DNA of 60,544 nucleotides, filler included, from Nemertoderma westbladi (lineage: Eukaryota > Animalia > Xenacoelomorpha): the NCBI GenBank assembly GCA_032718475.1. It is 3 parts of 3 records of this genome, joined end to end, with 100 filler letters (N's around TTAATTAATTAA, not from the genome) between each part and the next. Parts side by side here need not be neighbours in the genome. Positions count along the whole stretch, not along the records: positions 22,301 to 51,416 come from JAUCBJ010006368.1; positions 51,517 to 60,544 come from JAUCBJ010002980.1; 1 more part is not named here. One strand, 5' to 3'. Numbering within the stretch: the stretch's first letter is position 1; each line of letters begins with the position of its first letter. The notes beneath the pieces were generated by a model. The model worked only from the letters and a program-made list of their open reading frames with translations. It was not told where the DNA came from and searched no databases. Positions 38,705 through 51,530 of this stretch are shown piece after piece. Both the position numbers and the translations under genes were made by a program.

Positions 38705-41431
38705 TTAAGCGCAGCACGAGGCTCAGGTATGAGACATAAATTAAAATTGAGAGATTCTACCACAAAATCGGTATTTAAGAAATTTAACCAAACCACCAAT
38801 AAATCAAACTAGAGAGGAAAGTTCCTCCCCCTTCAACCCCCTGTTAATATGCACCACCCCAACCAACCCAAAGGCACACAGAGGATTGGTGAAAGGCAGG
38901 TATTAAAATAAAATTTGTGTTTTAACATAAATATGATTTAGGCATGGAGGCGACACAATTTGAAATTTTAAGAAATATTAAAACTTACCTTATGCCGATA
39001 GTATTGATACTGAAATATTTATTTATCATATCAACACCTCAACGAAATTATTTAGCTAATTATTCTAAGGAATCACGATTAAATACTCAGCCCATCATTT
39101 TGCGAGATAAACAATAAGCAAGCTGGCTTGTTAGTCTTACACTGCTGAAGTGGTGAAGTGGGACTGGTTCCCAGGTAGGCAATAGCAAGCACGCCATAAA
39201 TATTTATTTAATTATTCCATTGTTCCCTTTTTTGTTGTGGTGCAGATTAAAAGGGGCGTTAAAGGGGTGGAACTGTCACATCCTACCCTCTTCTTTGACG
39301 GATTGGCGGTTTGTTATAATTTCTTAAATACCGTTTTTGATGTAGAATCGCTCAATTATAAATTTTGTGTTTCATAATAATGATCAACTAACTTTGGTAG
39401 TTTGAATTAAAATTTATAATCATTTCTGAAGCATCCGTATCCCACTTCGAGGGAGGTTTCCAGTTAAGTGGGATAAAGGATAGGGTTTGGTTTACTAAAC
39501 TCTAAAAATTGATTCAAAAATTTTCAAAGATTTTAATTGACCTCGTGCTCCGCGAAGGCCCCACGAATGTGTTCTAGGGTCTTCCGTCTTATAACCTCGA
39601 ATTATACTCTTGAGTTTATTTTACCAAAAATAAATTTAGCTTTTTTACTGGCACAATTATTGGACTAAATCTCCATCTTTATCACAATGCGTACTTAGAC
39701 CGACGGATAGTGTACAATTGTGAAACATGCAGCTGGATATAAAACTATCCCTCATAGGTTGTATCTCGGCTTCCAAACTGGAGGTCCCAGGTTCTATTCC
39801 GGCACTTATCCAATCATTCTTCAATCTCAGTCAATCTACTCCCGTAGAAAAATACAGTAGTTGTTATTTACATCGATGTTCCCCTGGAGAGGGGTGGATT
39901 GGATATTGATTGCGTCAAAACTCCCTCATCTGTTTGGTTGACAACGCTACAAAATGCTGTTGTAAGGGTGGCTTTCCAGATGTTGATTGTTCGATATCTG
40001 GCTCAGGAGATGTGGGGATGCATTCCCTCCTCAACCTTCTTCATTTTGTGTGTTATGGAATCCTCACTAAGTTTATACAACAAGAGCCGAACTTCATCGT
40101 GTGAATTATTGGTAGGCCTACTGTACATAATAAGGATGAGGGCGATAATCAGCTGTCCAAGTACTGTAGAAAATTTGCTGACAGCTGATGGCAGCATGGT
40201 GAAAGCAGAGCTCTGGGGAGGCCAATAGTGGCTCGCCTTAATCACGAAAATCTCGTATAATTGTTTTCTAGATTCATTCCCGATCATAGCGGCCCAGCTC
40301 TTTCAGCCCCCAATCAAACATACTGTATTCTGGTTTCAAGGCTTACTCCAAGTGGTAACATAAGAGTTAGAGGTTAGACCACGCCATTAGCAAGTCCATT
40401 CGACTACTTTATGTCGTAATTATTAGTAGAAAGTAATGGTAGTCATCAATGACCACAGCGACTATGATTATTATGTAATATTGTGTAATCTTGTAGTATA
40501 ATTTAAAATAAATAAAGACCACACCAACAATGTAGAATACAATAAGTTGCCTGTATAGGATCTAGAGTCAGTCGGAACAAACTGGGATTTACGATTTTTG
40601 TTTGCTTAACTGAGACGATATGAAATATTAATGATTTCTCATACATAGACTGCAACAATTGAAGACGATTCGCTGTGCGTGGGCGCACATTGAATCACTC
40701 CACTCACCCTTATTTGGCTCCATTATTGCACGCAAATAGTCTATAAAGAGAGTCAATTATGGTGTTCCTACCACGGTAATAACCACTATGATGAACATCA
40801 TTGTTGTCCTGTTTGCTGCTTTTAATTAATAATAAATTGTATTATTGTTTGTTTGTACCTAATAATAATTTATGGGTTCGTTTGTTTCTGCTGGAGAAAG
40901 ATTACATTACATGACATATTACAAATATTAAATATGTAGAAACTACTGTACCGGTACTGTATCTAAATCATCTGCTCCTGATTCTCATTTATTATTTTGT
41001 TTATAAAAATCTGCCACTCTGTAATAATATTAGTGATTAGCAACACTAGTTGTAAGCCTAATAATGTCTGTATTGTATATTATATTGTACCCAATTGTCG
41101 GTAACCCGTTGCCAAAAACATTTTTTTTCCAAATATTTTACTTTTTCGATGGTATATCGTTTTCTATGCATTTTCAACCACAACCAACGAGCTACCCCCC
41201 TTAATAATGTTCGCTTTTATTGTATTTCCGGTGCGGCGACACCTAGTAGCGGATAAAGAATAAAATATATTAGCCGAGAGAGTTAGTAATGCAGCGCGGC
41301 TGCATATAATTATATTTATCTCATGTAATACCAGTAACCAATATAATACAGAATAAATCCATACCAAATATTATATAGTAAATAATTATTACTAATTATA
41401 ATTAAATCAGGACAAGTTTACAGGTTTAATA

Positions 41432-42646
41432 CTAGAATCCGTATTGCGGCCGCATAAACTTCTGTAGTTTATTGGCGCCAACCTGGACCCGTAGTTGTTG
41501 TTTGGCGGTGTACCGTCTCACCGCCATCATATCCCGTCTCCATCGTCGCATGGAGACCTCGGTGGGTCCGGAGGCCCCCCAACCCAGCGCGCGGTATCGC
41601 TTCACCAAGGTCGCGATCAGCGGCTTCTGCGATGCGACCCGGTGGCTGTTGTCCCCTGAACGCGGCGGGAGGTTCTGTTTGTAGTAGCGGGCTAGTTCGC
41701 GATGGGCGATCGTGGATCCGGACGGTAGGATCAGATGGAATCCGTCGTCCGTGGGTTTAATATCGTCCGAGGATGAACCTTCCGTCTCATCCGTGTAGTC
41801 GTAGAAATCGGCGTAGTTGAGGCACGACTTGGCGTCGTAGCGAACGCGCGCGTGCTGCTTGTCTCGACAGTGCGTCCGCACGGCCTGGACGGAGCGGAAC
41901 GTCCGACCGCACCACGGACACTCCCGTCCGACGCCGAGTTTATACCCGAGGAAGACGAGGATTCCCTCGAGATCGACGAGGAACTCGGGGTCCGGCACGT
42001 AGAACCCGTGGACCCGCGACATGTGGACGCAGTTGGAGGCGATGTCCGCCGAAGCTTCGGTGCAGAAGAGACAGCGAGTAGGTGGGATGGCGGAATCGTC
42101 GTCCTCCTCGTCCGAACAATCTTCCCAAGAACCGTCGGAATCTTCAGCATCAACGTCAACAACATCTTCCACATGTCGTGTATCTTTAACAGTAACAAAT
42201 GATAGTTTATTGACAGCTTGCGCGAGCGCATTGTTATAAGCGTCCTTCTCTTCCGTGTTGTCCATGGATTCCTTCTCTCTTCGCTTAGCAACCTCAACCT
42301 CCGCCTCCATGTAGGCTCTCCTCATCGCTCCTTCCTCGTTTTCAATGTGTTTCTTCGAACGCACGTGATTCTCATACGAATTCTGGGAAGCAAATTTCTT
42401 TCCCGAGCAGATGATGCAAACCAAGTGGATGGAATCCGAGGGTTTCTCTACCATTCCCGAGGTCTGATTGGCCACTCCCGAGGCGGCTACCATGGTGACG
42501 CGTTCATTGAATTCGTCCAGAGAGACCGGAAGTAGTTGGGCCACTCTGCGCTTCAGGTTGTACCGATGCCAGTCGGTTTTATAATGGTCGCGTTGGAGAC
42601 CATTTGTTATAAAGGAAACGCGGCAGGCAACACACGTCATAGGCAT
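41432..42646 (-). CDS. ZNF622: Zinc finger protein 622 / Rei1-like pre-60S maturation factor, intronless, 404 aa
   Basis: TCVACRVSF...QRDHYKTDWHRYNLKRRVAQL, CLFC...HMSRVHGFYVPD, LILPSGSTIAHRELARYYKQ and the C-terminal ANKLQKFMRPQ. Confidence 0.95.
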   Translation of the reverse strand: MPMTCVACRVSFITNGLQRDHYKTDWHRYNLKRRVAQLLPVSLDEFNERVTMVAASGVANQTSGMVEKPSDSIHLVCIICSGKKFASQNSYENHVRSKKHIENEEGAMRRAYMEAEVEVAKRREKESMDNTEEKDAYNNALAQAVNKLSFVTVKDTRHVEDVVDVDAEDSDGSWEDCSDEEDDDSAIPPTRCLFCTEASADIASNCVHMSRVHGFYVPDPEFLVDLEGILVFLGYKLGVGRECPWCGRTFRSVQAVRTHCRDKQHARVRYDAKSCLNYADFYDYTDETEGSSSDDIKPTDDGFHLILPSGSTIAHRELARYYKQNLPPRSGDNSHRVASQKPLIATLVKRYRALGWGASGPTEVSMRRWRRDMMAVRRYTAKQQLRVQVGANKLQKFMRPQYGF

Positions 42647-43693
42647 TGTTCAGTTGTAGTTTCAATATAGAAATCTCTGATTACTGGCTGACTGGATTAT
42701 AATTTAGCCAATGTGCAATATAAACACAGAAATAAACTAGGCCAACTAACAGACTCTCTTGCTCTCAGTCAGCAACTGGCAGACTTGGCCTCACGCGTCA
42801 CGCCTAACAGGGATTCTGGTATTGATTATATTCAGATATTTGTGATCATCTATCTGATTAACTTGATCCAACATATAGTTTTTATATTTATATATATACT
42901 TTACTGATGTTTTATTCCGTTTTTACGTTTTATCATTTTAAACCTTTCATACTTTTTAAATTTTTACATTGTCCTGTTTGCACTTTACCTCTATTCATAT
43001 ACTTATTTGTTCCTCATGGTTGTATTCCGTTTTTCATTATTTTTTAATAATTATAATTAAATCTATGGTTGTTATCTTCCATTATATTAACCTCCTTTGT
43101 CTTTATGCTTGTATTTAGTTTTTCATTTCATTTTTTAAATTGGTGTATAGGCCTATGATGTCTTGTATTTATTGTTCAATCTTGCTTTTAATCATAATTT
43201 CACTTATTTTTATTGTTAATTTTACTATCACAATCATGCGGATTACATTAGATTACACATATCACTAGGATACTATTTAGGCCTACTTAATTAGTTTCAG
43301 TTTCACTATGCAGTTTAATTATTGGTTTTTAATTACTTTGTTATACGGGTACCACAAGCTGATTAGCTTTCTAAGCCCTAAACTATTAAACATATTTAAA
43401 AGCAAAATAGATAGGCCTAATACTGTAATACAGTAATATTCCTACTACAGTATTAATGGTGTAGGCCTTGTGAAATGCTGTCGGATGAATTCGGATCCAC
43501 ACCATAATATTGTACATCGATCTATCTTGTGTTTGTTATTATGTTGGTGTTGTGTTGGGTCTATCGGTCTATCGCTCCTTATTATGTTGAAATGAAATCA
43601 ATCTATCAATCAATCTGTAATGCACAATATAGCAGTACTGCTATATCAGTATACTGCAATAAACTGGTATACTGAATACTGATATAATTTCTA

Positions 43694-45349
43694 GGGTATA
43701 TCTTTTGCGTAGAGGTATAGCCTACATAGAGGCTTCATGTAGGTATGTGTAGCCTACATGTAGATGCACGTGTAGGGTGAATGTAGGTAGGTGTAGTCCC
43801 ATAGATATTAATGTAATTTATGTGTCAACTTGCAGTAACGTGATACACGGTCGTCAATCAGGATGTATGGCAATAATCTCTGATCTCCACGGTACAATAC
43901 GGTACATCAACATGCAGACCTGCCTGCTGTCAGACAACAGGTTTTACTGCATACTGCAGTACTGTATAAATATCAAACATCGCGTTCTGATTATACTAAA
44001 GTCCCTTACTCGTCATAAATATTATGCCCTAATAAATTTGAGTATGCTAACGCCACGAAAGGCATCGTTCCATTACATTAACTCGTTCTGATTTATATGT
44101 TTATTGAGTAAGAGTAACCTAAACAATAACAGCCATCATCGCGGGGACTATAGTCTACCAGAAACCCTGACCCCCCTCTGCCCCTCTTTATCTGTTTATC
44201 AACCATACATCCATGGGACTTGAACAGTACTTCAGCATTGAAATGTTTTGGACGTTTTATTTTGAAAGTAAAAATATAGAAGTCTGGAAGTTTTGTTTGT
44301 TTTAATTTTTCAGGCAGTCACATTCCACCAACCAGCAACAGTCCCATCCCTTCCCACTATCCCGCGGACCACCACACTGTTTCATTATAAAGTATTCCCA
44401 TCTCGATGATGGGAATTAATCAGTAATCCGATGGGATTCAAATCCCATCTCGAAGTAACAGCAAAACAATAACACGAAAGTCAATAGCTTTACAGTTATA
44501 TTTGATTGCATTGAAAGTTAATAGAAAGAAGAAGTTAAATTGCATATCCATTAAAATATCATATGAAATTGATACGGCAGTTTAGTAGATTAAAACGGCC
44601 ACAGCAAGATTTATAAAATGAAAAATAAGTAAAATCAGCACAGCACACAATATTATCAATATAGACATTGAAGACAATTTAATAAACAAATACTATAAAA
44701 AAATATCTACTAACAATCAATACATGATATATATATAATATATATACATCGGCGACTACCATCGCCACTCTGGTTCAATCAGTCAGTCCGGTATCATTGT
44801 TAGCGTTTTGTTGAATTACCCACTCATCCTCAGACCCTCATGGACACCGACGACGAGCTCTAACCCTAACCGTTAGTCGATTCCTCCTTGACTGGAAACA
44901 TCAGGTTCGGGCCGTTCGGCCCATACAAAGTCATTAGCCTCCATGCCTGAACCCGCAGGATCATAAGATCTACAGTATGTATCGGTATATCGTTCAGTCG
45001 TTTTTTCCTTTGTCAGTACTGTAGTATTGATAGGCTCCGTCTCGTGGGTATTCAGGGGACCCCCATTCGACGTATTCGCATCTCCTCCTGGTTGTTTCGG
45101 GTACCACCGCCCGCCATATGCGCATCTCTTCGTAGTTGTTCCGGGTACCACCCCCGTTCGCCGCATTCGCATCTCATCGAGGAAGTTCGGGTCCGGGTAC
45201 CCCGTGTAGGCCTATTCATTCATCATTGTTGTTTTTAAAGACCTACCTACACCTACCTACATTCACCCTACACGTGCATCTACATGTAGGCTACACATAC
45301 CTACATGTAGCCTCTATGTAGGCTATACCTCTACGCAAAAGAGTGACCC
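43694..45349. mobile_element. Non-autonomous MULE/Mutator-like element
   Basis: ~105-bp TIRs (gggt..tcttttgcgtagaggtatagcctacatagaggct... and its reverse complement); perfect 9-bp TSD TAATTTCTA at 43685-43693 and 45350-45358. Confidence 0.85.
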
Positions 45350-46007
45350 TAATTTCTAAAATAATCGACGTACAGACGTACTGCCGTACCTGTGTGGTGT
45401 GATATATTAAGAATGACACCGTGGCATACCTGGACATAGATCGTAACGTAAACATCCCTGCAAACAATTTAACGTTCAAATGGCGTTGAAAAACGAAAAA
45501 TTTATAACAAATAAACGCTAGAATCTGACGTTAGTAAAAGTAGATCGAACGTTCGTTTGGCCGCTTTTGTGACGTTAAAATTTCCCCAAAAACAACGTTG
45601 AATTTTACGTCAAATTTATATATTCCAACGTTATCTTTAACCGTTGAATTTGCAGTATATTAATCGTTAAACCAACTTCAGTTAATCAACAAAACTGACG
45701 TTAGATATCCATATTCCAACGTTTATTTAATCAGGGATTTTCAGTTTTTCAGGCCACTAGGTAAATCTCACGTTACCTTACGTTGTACATTGCACATTAT
45801 AATTATCTCATCAGCATTATTAATACAACATATAGGCCTATAATATTTTATGTGAATTATAAATGAATGGAAACTTTATGTTTGAAACTTATTCATTTAT
45901 TTATTTACATTATAAATGAAATTATTACAAAATTATCAGATAGTTAGTTGACAGCACAGATACAGTCTATAGTTCGCATTGGCAAAAATAAGTCTTACTG
46001 AAACAAA

Positions 46008-49000
46008 TTACAAGTCCACATCCGCATCGTCACCATCATCGTCCTCATTATCGCTAATTATCGATCCCGCGTCGTCTTTGCTGCATCGTTCTTTCGGTTT
46101 TCCGCGTGCCACACTAAAAAAAACAAAATAATTAATTAATCAACCAATTTACTGTAAACAAATTCCTGTTTAATAATAATGTAATAACGTAAGTAAGTAC
46201 TGTATGTATATTGTATGTATTCAGCACCGCAAATTTATTAATTACTTGCAATTTAATGCAATGGAGATAAACAGTTTCAGAGCGTAATATTATAGAAGAA
46301 TGGATGCCATAATGTAGGCCTACAGTACTAACCCAATCCCCCATAATGTAGGCCTAAAGTACTAACCAAATCCCCCATAATGTAGGCCTACAGTACTAAC
46401 ACAATCCCCCATAATGTAGGCCTACAGTACTAACCCAATCCCCCATAATGTAGGCCTACAGTACTAACCCAATCCCCCATAATGTAGGCCTACAGTACTA
46501 ACCAAATCCCCCATAATGTAGGCCTACATTACTAACCAAATCCCCCATAATGTAGGCCTACAGTACTAACCCAATCCCCCATAATGTAGGCCTTCAGTAC
46601 TAACCAAATCCCCCATAATGTAGGCCTACAGTACTAACCAAATCCTCCATAATGTAGGCCTACAGTACTAACCAAATCCCAAATAATGTAGGCCTACACT
46701 ACTAACCCAATCCCCCATAATGTAGGCCTTCAGTACTAACCAAATCCCCCATAATGTAGGCCTACAGTACTAACCCAATCCCCCATAATGTAGGCCTACA
46801 GTACTAACCAAATCCCAAATAATGTAGGCCTACACTACTAACCCAATCCCCCATAATGTAGGCCTACACTACTAACCCAATCCCCCATAATGTAGGCCTT
46901 CAGTACTAACCAAATCCCCCATAATGTAGGCCTACAGTACTAACCAAATCCCCCATAATGTAGGCCTACAGTACTAACCAAATCCCCCATAATGTAGGCC
47001 TACAGTACTAACCTAATCCCCCATAATGTAGGCCTACAGTACTAACCAAATCCCAAATAATGTAGGCCTACACTACTAACCCAATCCCCCATAATGTAGG
47101 CCTACAGTACTAACCAAATCCCAAATAATGTAGGCCTACAGTACTAACCCAATCCCCCATAATGTAGGCCTACAGTACTAACCAAATCCTAACTCATCTT
47201 AACCCTATCCCAATTATTACTCCACGCTCACACTACTACCCCAACCCCTTTCTGAAACCTAAACCAGCGTGAACCCTAACCAAACCTAACCCACCCCTGA
47301 CCCAACTCAACAACAGTATTCATTGAATTAATAAAACGATTTCATTTAATTACAGTAATACTTACTAATTATCCCCTCCAGGTCTATTGCTTGCCTGCCG
47401 AAAAAACACCGATATAGCGCCATCCACCGCACCATCTTCAAAATCGTTGAGAAGAACAGCTCCTATAATACAAAATAATCATATATTTATAACAGATATC
47501 AATATTATGATTAAATCATATTTATTAAATATGATTTATAACAAAAATTTAAATCTTCCCTACACAGTATTAATTGGTACAATAGTATGATATTAATAGT
47601 AGGCCTATGCATATAGTTTATAGCAAAATAATGGTTAAACAACGGACGCAACCCCCCCCCCCCCCCCCCCCCATATCTAACGATTACAAGAAATAACATT
47701 ACACCCGTGCATACAGTACCGATTAGAACCGACTTTACAGCAATTTAATTTCAAAGTAATTTCCATGATATTAATAATTAATAATAATATTGCATTTAAA
47801 AAAGATAGCGCTGGCTGATGGTATCCATGGTTTACTTAATATTCTAGAATATTATAATATCATATAAAATTTTTTTGTCTTCTTTACACTCGCTCACTTC
47901 GTTCGTTCTTGTAACAAACCACTTGGTTCCACACAATTTAAGCGCTACATATTTACAGACATGTATGTAAATATTTATTACAGTATTTACTTTACAATTA
48001 GTCTAAAAGTACAATAAACCATTTACGCTGCAACTTACGTGAAACTCCAATTCTTGGGTTTGAAACTGGCCGGTCAGAAATAGTCGCTGAGCGATCGAAC
48101 ATGGCTTGATGAGATTGACGGTCAATGATAATGGGTTGCGAGTGTGGGCGGTCGACACTGGGCTGTGGATGTGGACGGCCAACTACCGTGGGATGTGAAT
48201 GTGGACGGTCCAAAGTAGTGGACGATTGCGAAAAATCGAATGAGACCGGGACAGGTTGCGGGGCCAATGTGGATGGGGAGAAAGCGCGCCGAGAGCGTTC
48301 TTCATTGGAAAGTAGAGAGATGCTACGTGGTTCTAGTTGTCCAATATTCAGTATTGAATTTGATTCACACTGCAAGTATTCATCACTTGGTAATTGCGAA
48401 AACTCAAGATCCTGTTGCACCACCGGCGGTGCAAGCGATGTTACATAAGGATACTCAGGAATTGCAGGAATGTTTCTGAAACCAATAACAGTAAATTCGG
48501 ATGCTCGTGTCATATATAAAGTTTACATTAAAATTATTTTATTCCAAAATTGTAACATTACTCAACGCCGTTAGTATTAACAGCGAGTTGTTATTTAGCA
48601 CTTTACAACTTTAGAGGACATTACAGCATTGTATTGGCCTGTACATTTAGTATTGTATTTGGTGTTATTGTTTACGTGGTAACCATGACGGCGTTAAGTA
48701 ATGTCCCCCTAGTGGACATTACTTAACGCCGTCATGGGTTACCACGTAAACAATAGGTGGAAATTTGTCTGACAGCCAGATAGGCCTACTGCATTACCTA
48801 CCGGTAGGCGGGGTATAGCTATTAATAACCAGTAGGGCCTAGCTATATTATTATAACATGGCTCCAAACGCCACCATAAATATAAGCTAACTTATTTATA
48901 ACATAATTTATGTCATTTTTACAATTATTTATACAGCAACTAATATAATTTGTGCAGTTTCTATCACTTATAATGTATATGTACAATCATTTCGTAATGT

Positions 49001-49797
49001 TAAAATTTTGGAATAAAACTACATACATACTTGTTGCAAAGTACTTTACAGTGTTCTGATCCTCGTGGCTTTATTTTCACTCACTCACTAACGTTCGTTC
49101 GTGTAACAAAGCCACTCGGATCATCACATTGTAAAGTGCTACTTTACACACAAGTATGTAAATAGTTATTACATAATAATTCTAATGTACTGTACTAATT
49201 ATTGGTAATGAGAACAATAATAAGATATAAATTTTACCTGCTGCTGCTAGTGCACTGAATGTCCTGTCGAACTCCAGCTGTTTCTTCATCCATAGTATCA
49301 CTCTCATTTCCAACCGCAACCCGTTTCTTTCCTCTGAATCGTGTTGCGATACCAATGGAATACCCATCTTGATCGCTAGCACTTGCAATGTCCGAACCCT
49401 CACAGACAACGCGCTCCTCTATTGCCTTAGCTGCCAATAGATCATCTGAAAAATATTATTAACATTGAAATTTAGTCTACAGTAATGTAATAATTATTAT
49501 TTGATTTAATAATTATTAGATTGTTAGATATTCATATACGATGATCCTATCTAATTATCAGAATACTACCGTTAAAATACCTTTGCATGAGTTTCGAATA
49601 AATGTGCAAGGCCAAGATCCCCATTGCCCAACTGCAGTGTCACCAGCACGTAACGACTCCCTCAGCGCCTTGGATGCAAGTTTAGTGTTTATGGGATATG
49701 CTGATGTAAGTCCATCGGCCGACAACCATCCACTACATATTGTTGCAACTTCCTCAACGCCATCCGGGCCCGTGAAGATGACAACACAATAAGCCAT
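46008..49797 (-). CDS. Five-exon transposon accessory gene (~354 aa), resembling DUF4806-associated proteins
   Basis: Exons 49581-49797, 49238-49445, 48039-48475, 47366-47462 and 46008-46113; all introns GT-AG with matching phases (1,2,1,2); 1065 nt open to TAA. N-terminal YCVVIF..EEVATICSGWL..AYP..W motif and C-terminal AISVFFRQASNRPGG plus an acidic tail. The family assignment is from memory of motifs. Confidence 0.7.
46308..47190. repeat. 34-bp minisatellite, ~26 copies, in the last intron of the 5-exon gene
   Basis: Unit CATAATGTAGGCCTACAGTACTAACC(C/A)AATCCCC. Confidence 0.97.
48666..48755. repeat. Near-perfect 90-bp palindrome (~41-bp arms, 7-nt loop)
   Basis: tattgtttacgtggtaaccatgacggcgttaagtaatgtcc-ccctagt-ggacattacttaacgccgtcatgggttaccacgtaaacaata. 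Confidence 0.9.
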
Positions 49798-50713
49798 ATG
49801 TACAGAATATATACAGAATATCGTATATAAACAGAATATCGAAATATTACAGTTAGTTCAGGTTTACCAATCAGACAGCAATTTAATTAATGTATTACAA
49901 AAATTTAAGGAAATAAAAAAAACAATAAAACTGTTAATGCAATAATATCCATCACAGTTCAGTACCTACTTGTATTGCATGCATATATGTTCTTTAGGTA
50001 AGTAGATGCATTTACTAATAATGTGAATAATAATAATAGTGTGAATACAGTAAACATTATACTGTAATATGCAAATTTACTCAAATCCTATAATATAATA
50101 ATACACAATGAGATGGCAGTGTGAGTCAGAATAATACTGACAAATATAGTGTAAGCAACCAATCAGAAGCAATATATTATAACACCATAGGCAGGTATTG
50201 TGTTGTTGGGCAGTGTGTCTACTGTAATATCCATCCACATGGGAATGTATCATGGCGTCTCCTGTCTGGCACATTGTAGAACTACAATATGAACGTTATT
50301 TCACTTAAAAATAACGTTGATAATTAACGTTTATAATTAAACTTGGAATTAACGTTGCTATCGAACGTCATCACACATTGAGAGATCGATGAAAATTAAC
50401 GTTCGAATTTTACGCTGAATTAACGACTATGATTGGTTTATTTTAAACATGTAATTTTTCTAGCATATTGGAACGTTAATCAAACGTTGAACAATATGTT
50501 ATTTATTCATGTGATTTTCCAACTTAATCCACACCTATATTAACGTAAATTTAACGTACCATGTTTGCAGGGATATGGCGTAGGGACATACTGAGAAATA
50601 ATGTCGCACTGTATGGCATACATTTGGTATTTTTATTCGATATTTGTTTTCTTCATTATAATTCTGTTATTTAAATCGCGATTAAATTAATTACTACTAC
50701 TACTAGGTCGAGA

Positions 50714-50843
50714 GTCTTGAAGATGCGGATGATCTAGCAAATGGAAATAGGGAGTTGTGGCGGCGCAATTTTGTCGACAAGCCGGCACAGCATTCTTAAA
50801 AATTCAGCTACAATGCAGCATGTCGATCCTAGTAGTAGTAGTT
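50714..50843 (+). mobile_element. 3'-end fragment of the RTE-like LINE
   Basis: cttgaagatgcggatgatctagcaaatg...gacaagccggcacagcattcttaa...tagtagtagtag. Confidence 0.85.
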
Positions 50844-50844
50844 G

Positions 50845-51395
50845 TAGGTCGAGCGAACTCGGACAGTGGAAATGAGATCCTTCCAGGCTTCCCGATTCTC
50901 CATAGTTGTCGCAATTTCGTTTCTCCCAAGTTCAGTATCCCTTTCAAGTTGATCTATATATGTTATGGCGGTCGTCCACGACTACGCTTTCCATGAGTTG
51001 GTTGTCAGAAAAGTAGATCTGTGTAGCAACCATCAATTCGTTGTTCAAGTGATTTAGTCTGTGTCCAGGTCTCACCCCCGTATAAAAATTACACTTTCCA
51101 CTGTGGCTCGAAAGAACTTAGTCTTCAGGTGCCTGGGAGAGATCTGATTTCCAGATGGTATCCATTTTTGATAGAGCTACCCAAGCCTTTGCTTTCCTAA
51201 CTTCTATGTCTTTTTTGCTAGTCTCTATCCATGATCCAAGGAACTGGAAGTCGTCAACCTTCCTCAGTTGATTATTATCAATTGTTGTCGAGTTTCCATC
51301 AACATTAAAGGTCATGAATTCGGGTCTTGGTAGCATTTATATGCAATCCAACCTCCTTAGCAGCCCTATCCACTTTATTTAGTAGAAGCTGTGCT
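50845..51395 (-). mobile_element. Degenerate fragment of a second RTE-like LINE subfamily
   Basis: LRKVDDFQFLGSWIETSKKDIEVRKAKAWVALSKMDTIWKSDL is homologous to, but distinct from, copy A. Confidence 0.75.
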
Positions 51396-51416
51396 ATAAA
51401 TTGATTAAATCGCGAT

Positions 51417-51516
51417 NNNNNNNNNNNNNNNNNNNNNNNNNNNNNNNNNNNNNNNNNNNNTTAATTAATTAANNNNNNNNNNNNNNNNNNNNNNNNNNNN
51501 NNNNNNNNNNNNNNNN
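51417..51516. other. Assembly gap with artificial TTAATTAATTAA linker
   Basis: N-run with a central 12-mer. Confidence 0.97.
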
Positions 51517-51530
51517 CAGCCTGTCAGGAG

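Larger units (their letters stand above)
45456..50572. mobile_element. EnSpm/CACTA (CMC)-type element without a recognisable transposase
   Basis: Termini CCCTGCAAACA and TGTTTGCAGGG; 2-bp AT flanks; dense AACGTT subterminal repeats at both ends. Confidence 0.78.

Noticed and set aside
39900-40330. Coding-like segment with overlapping short ORFs
   Set aside because: No recognisable domain or splice structure; probably a decayed element.
41472-42535. Alternative-frame and antisense ORFs over ZNF622 (and similarly over ARMT1 and the BED genes)
   Set aside because: Shadow ORFs of GC-rich coding sequence.
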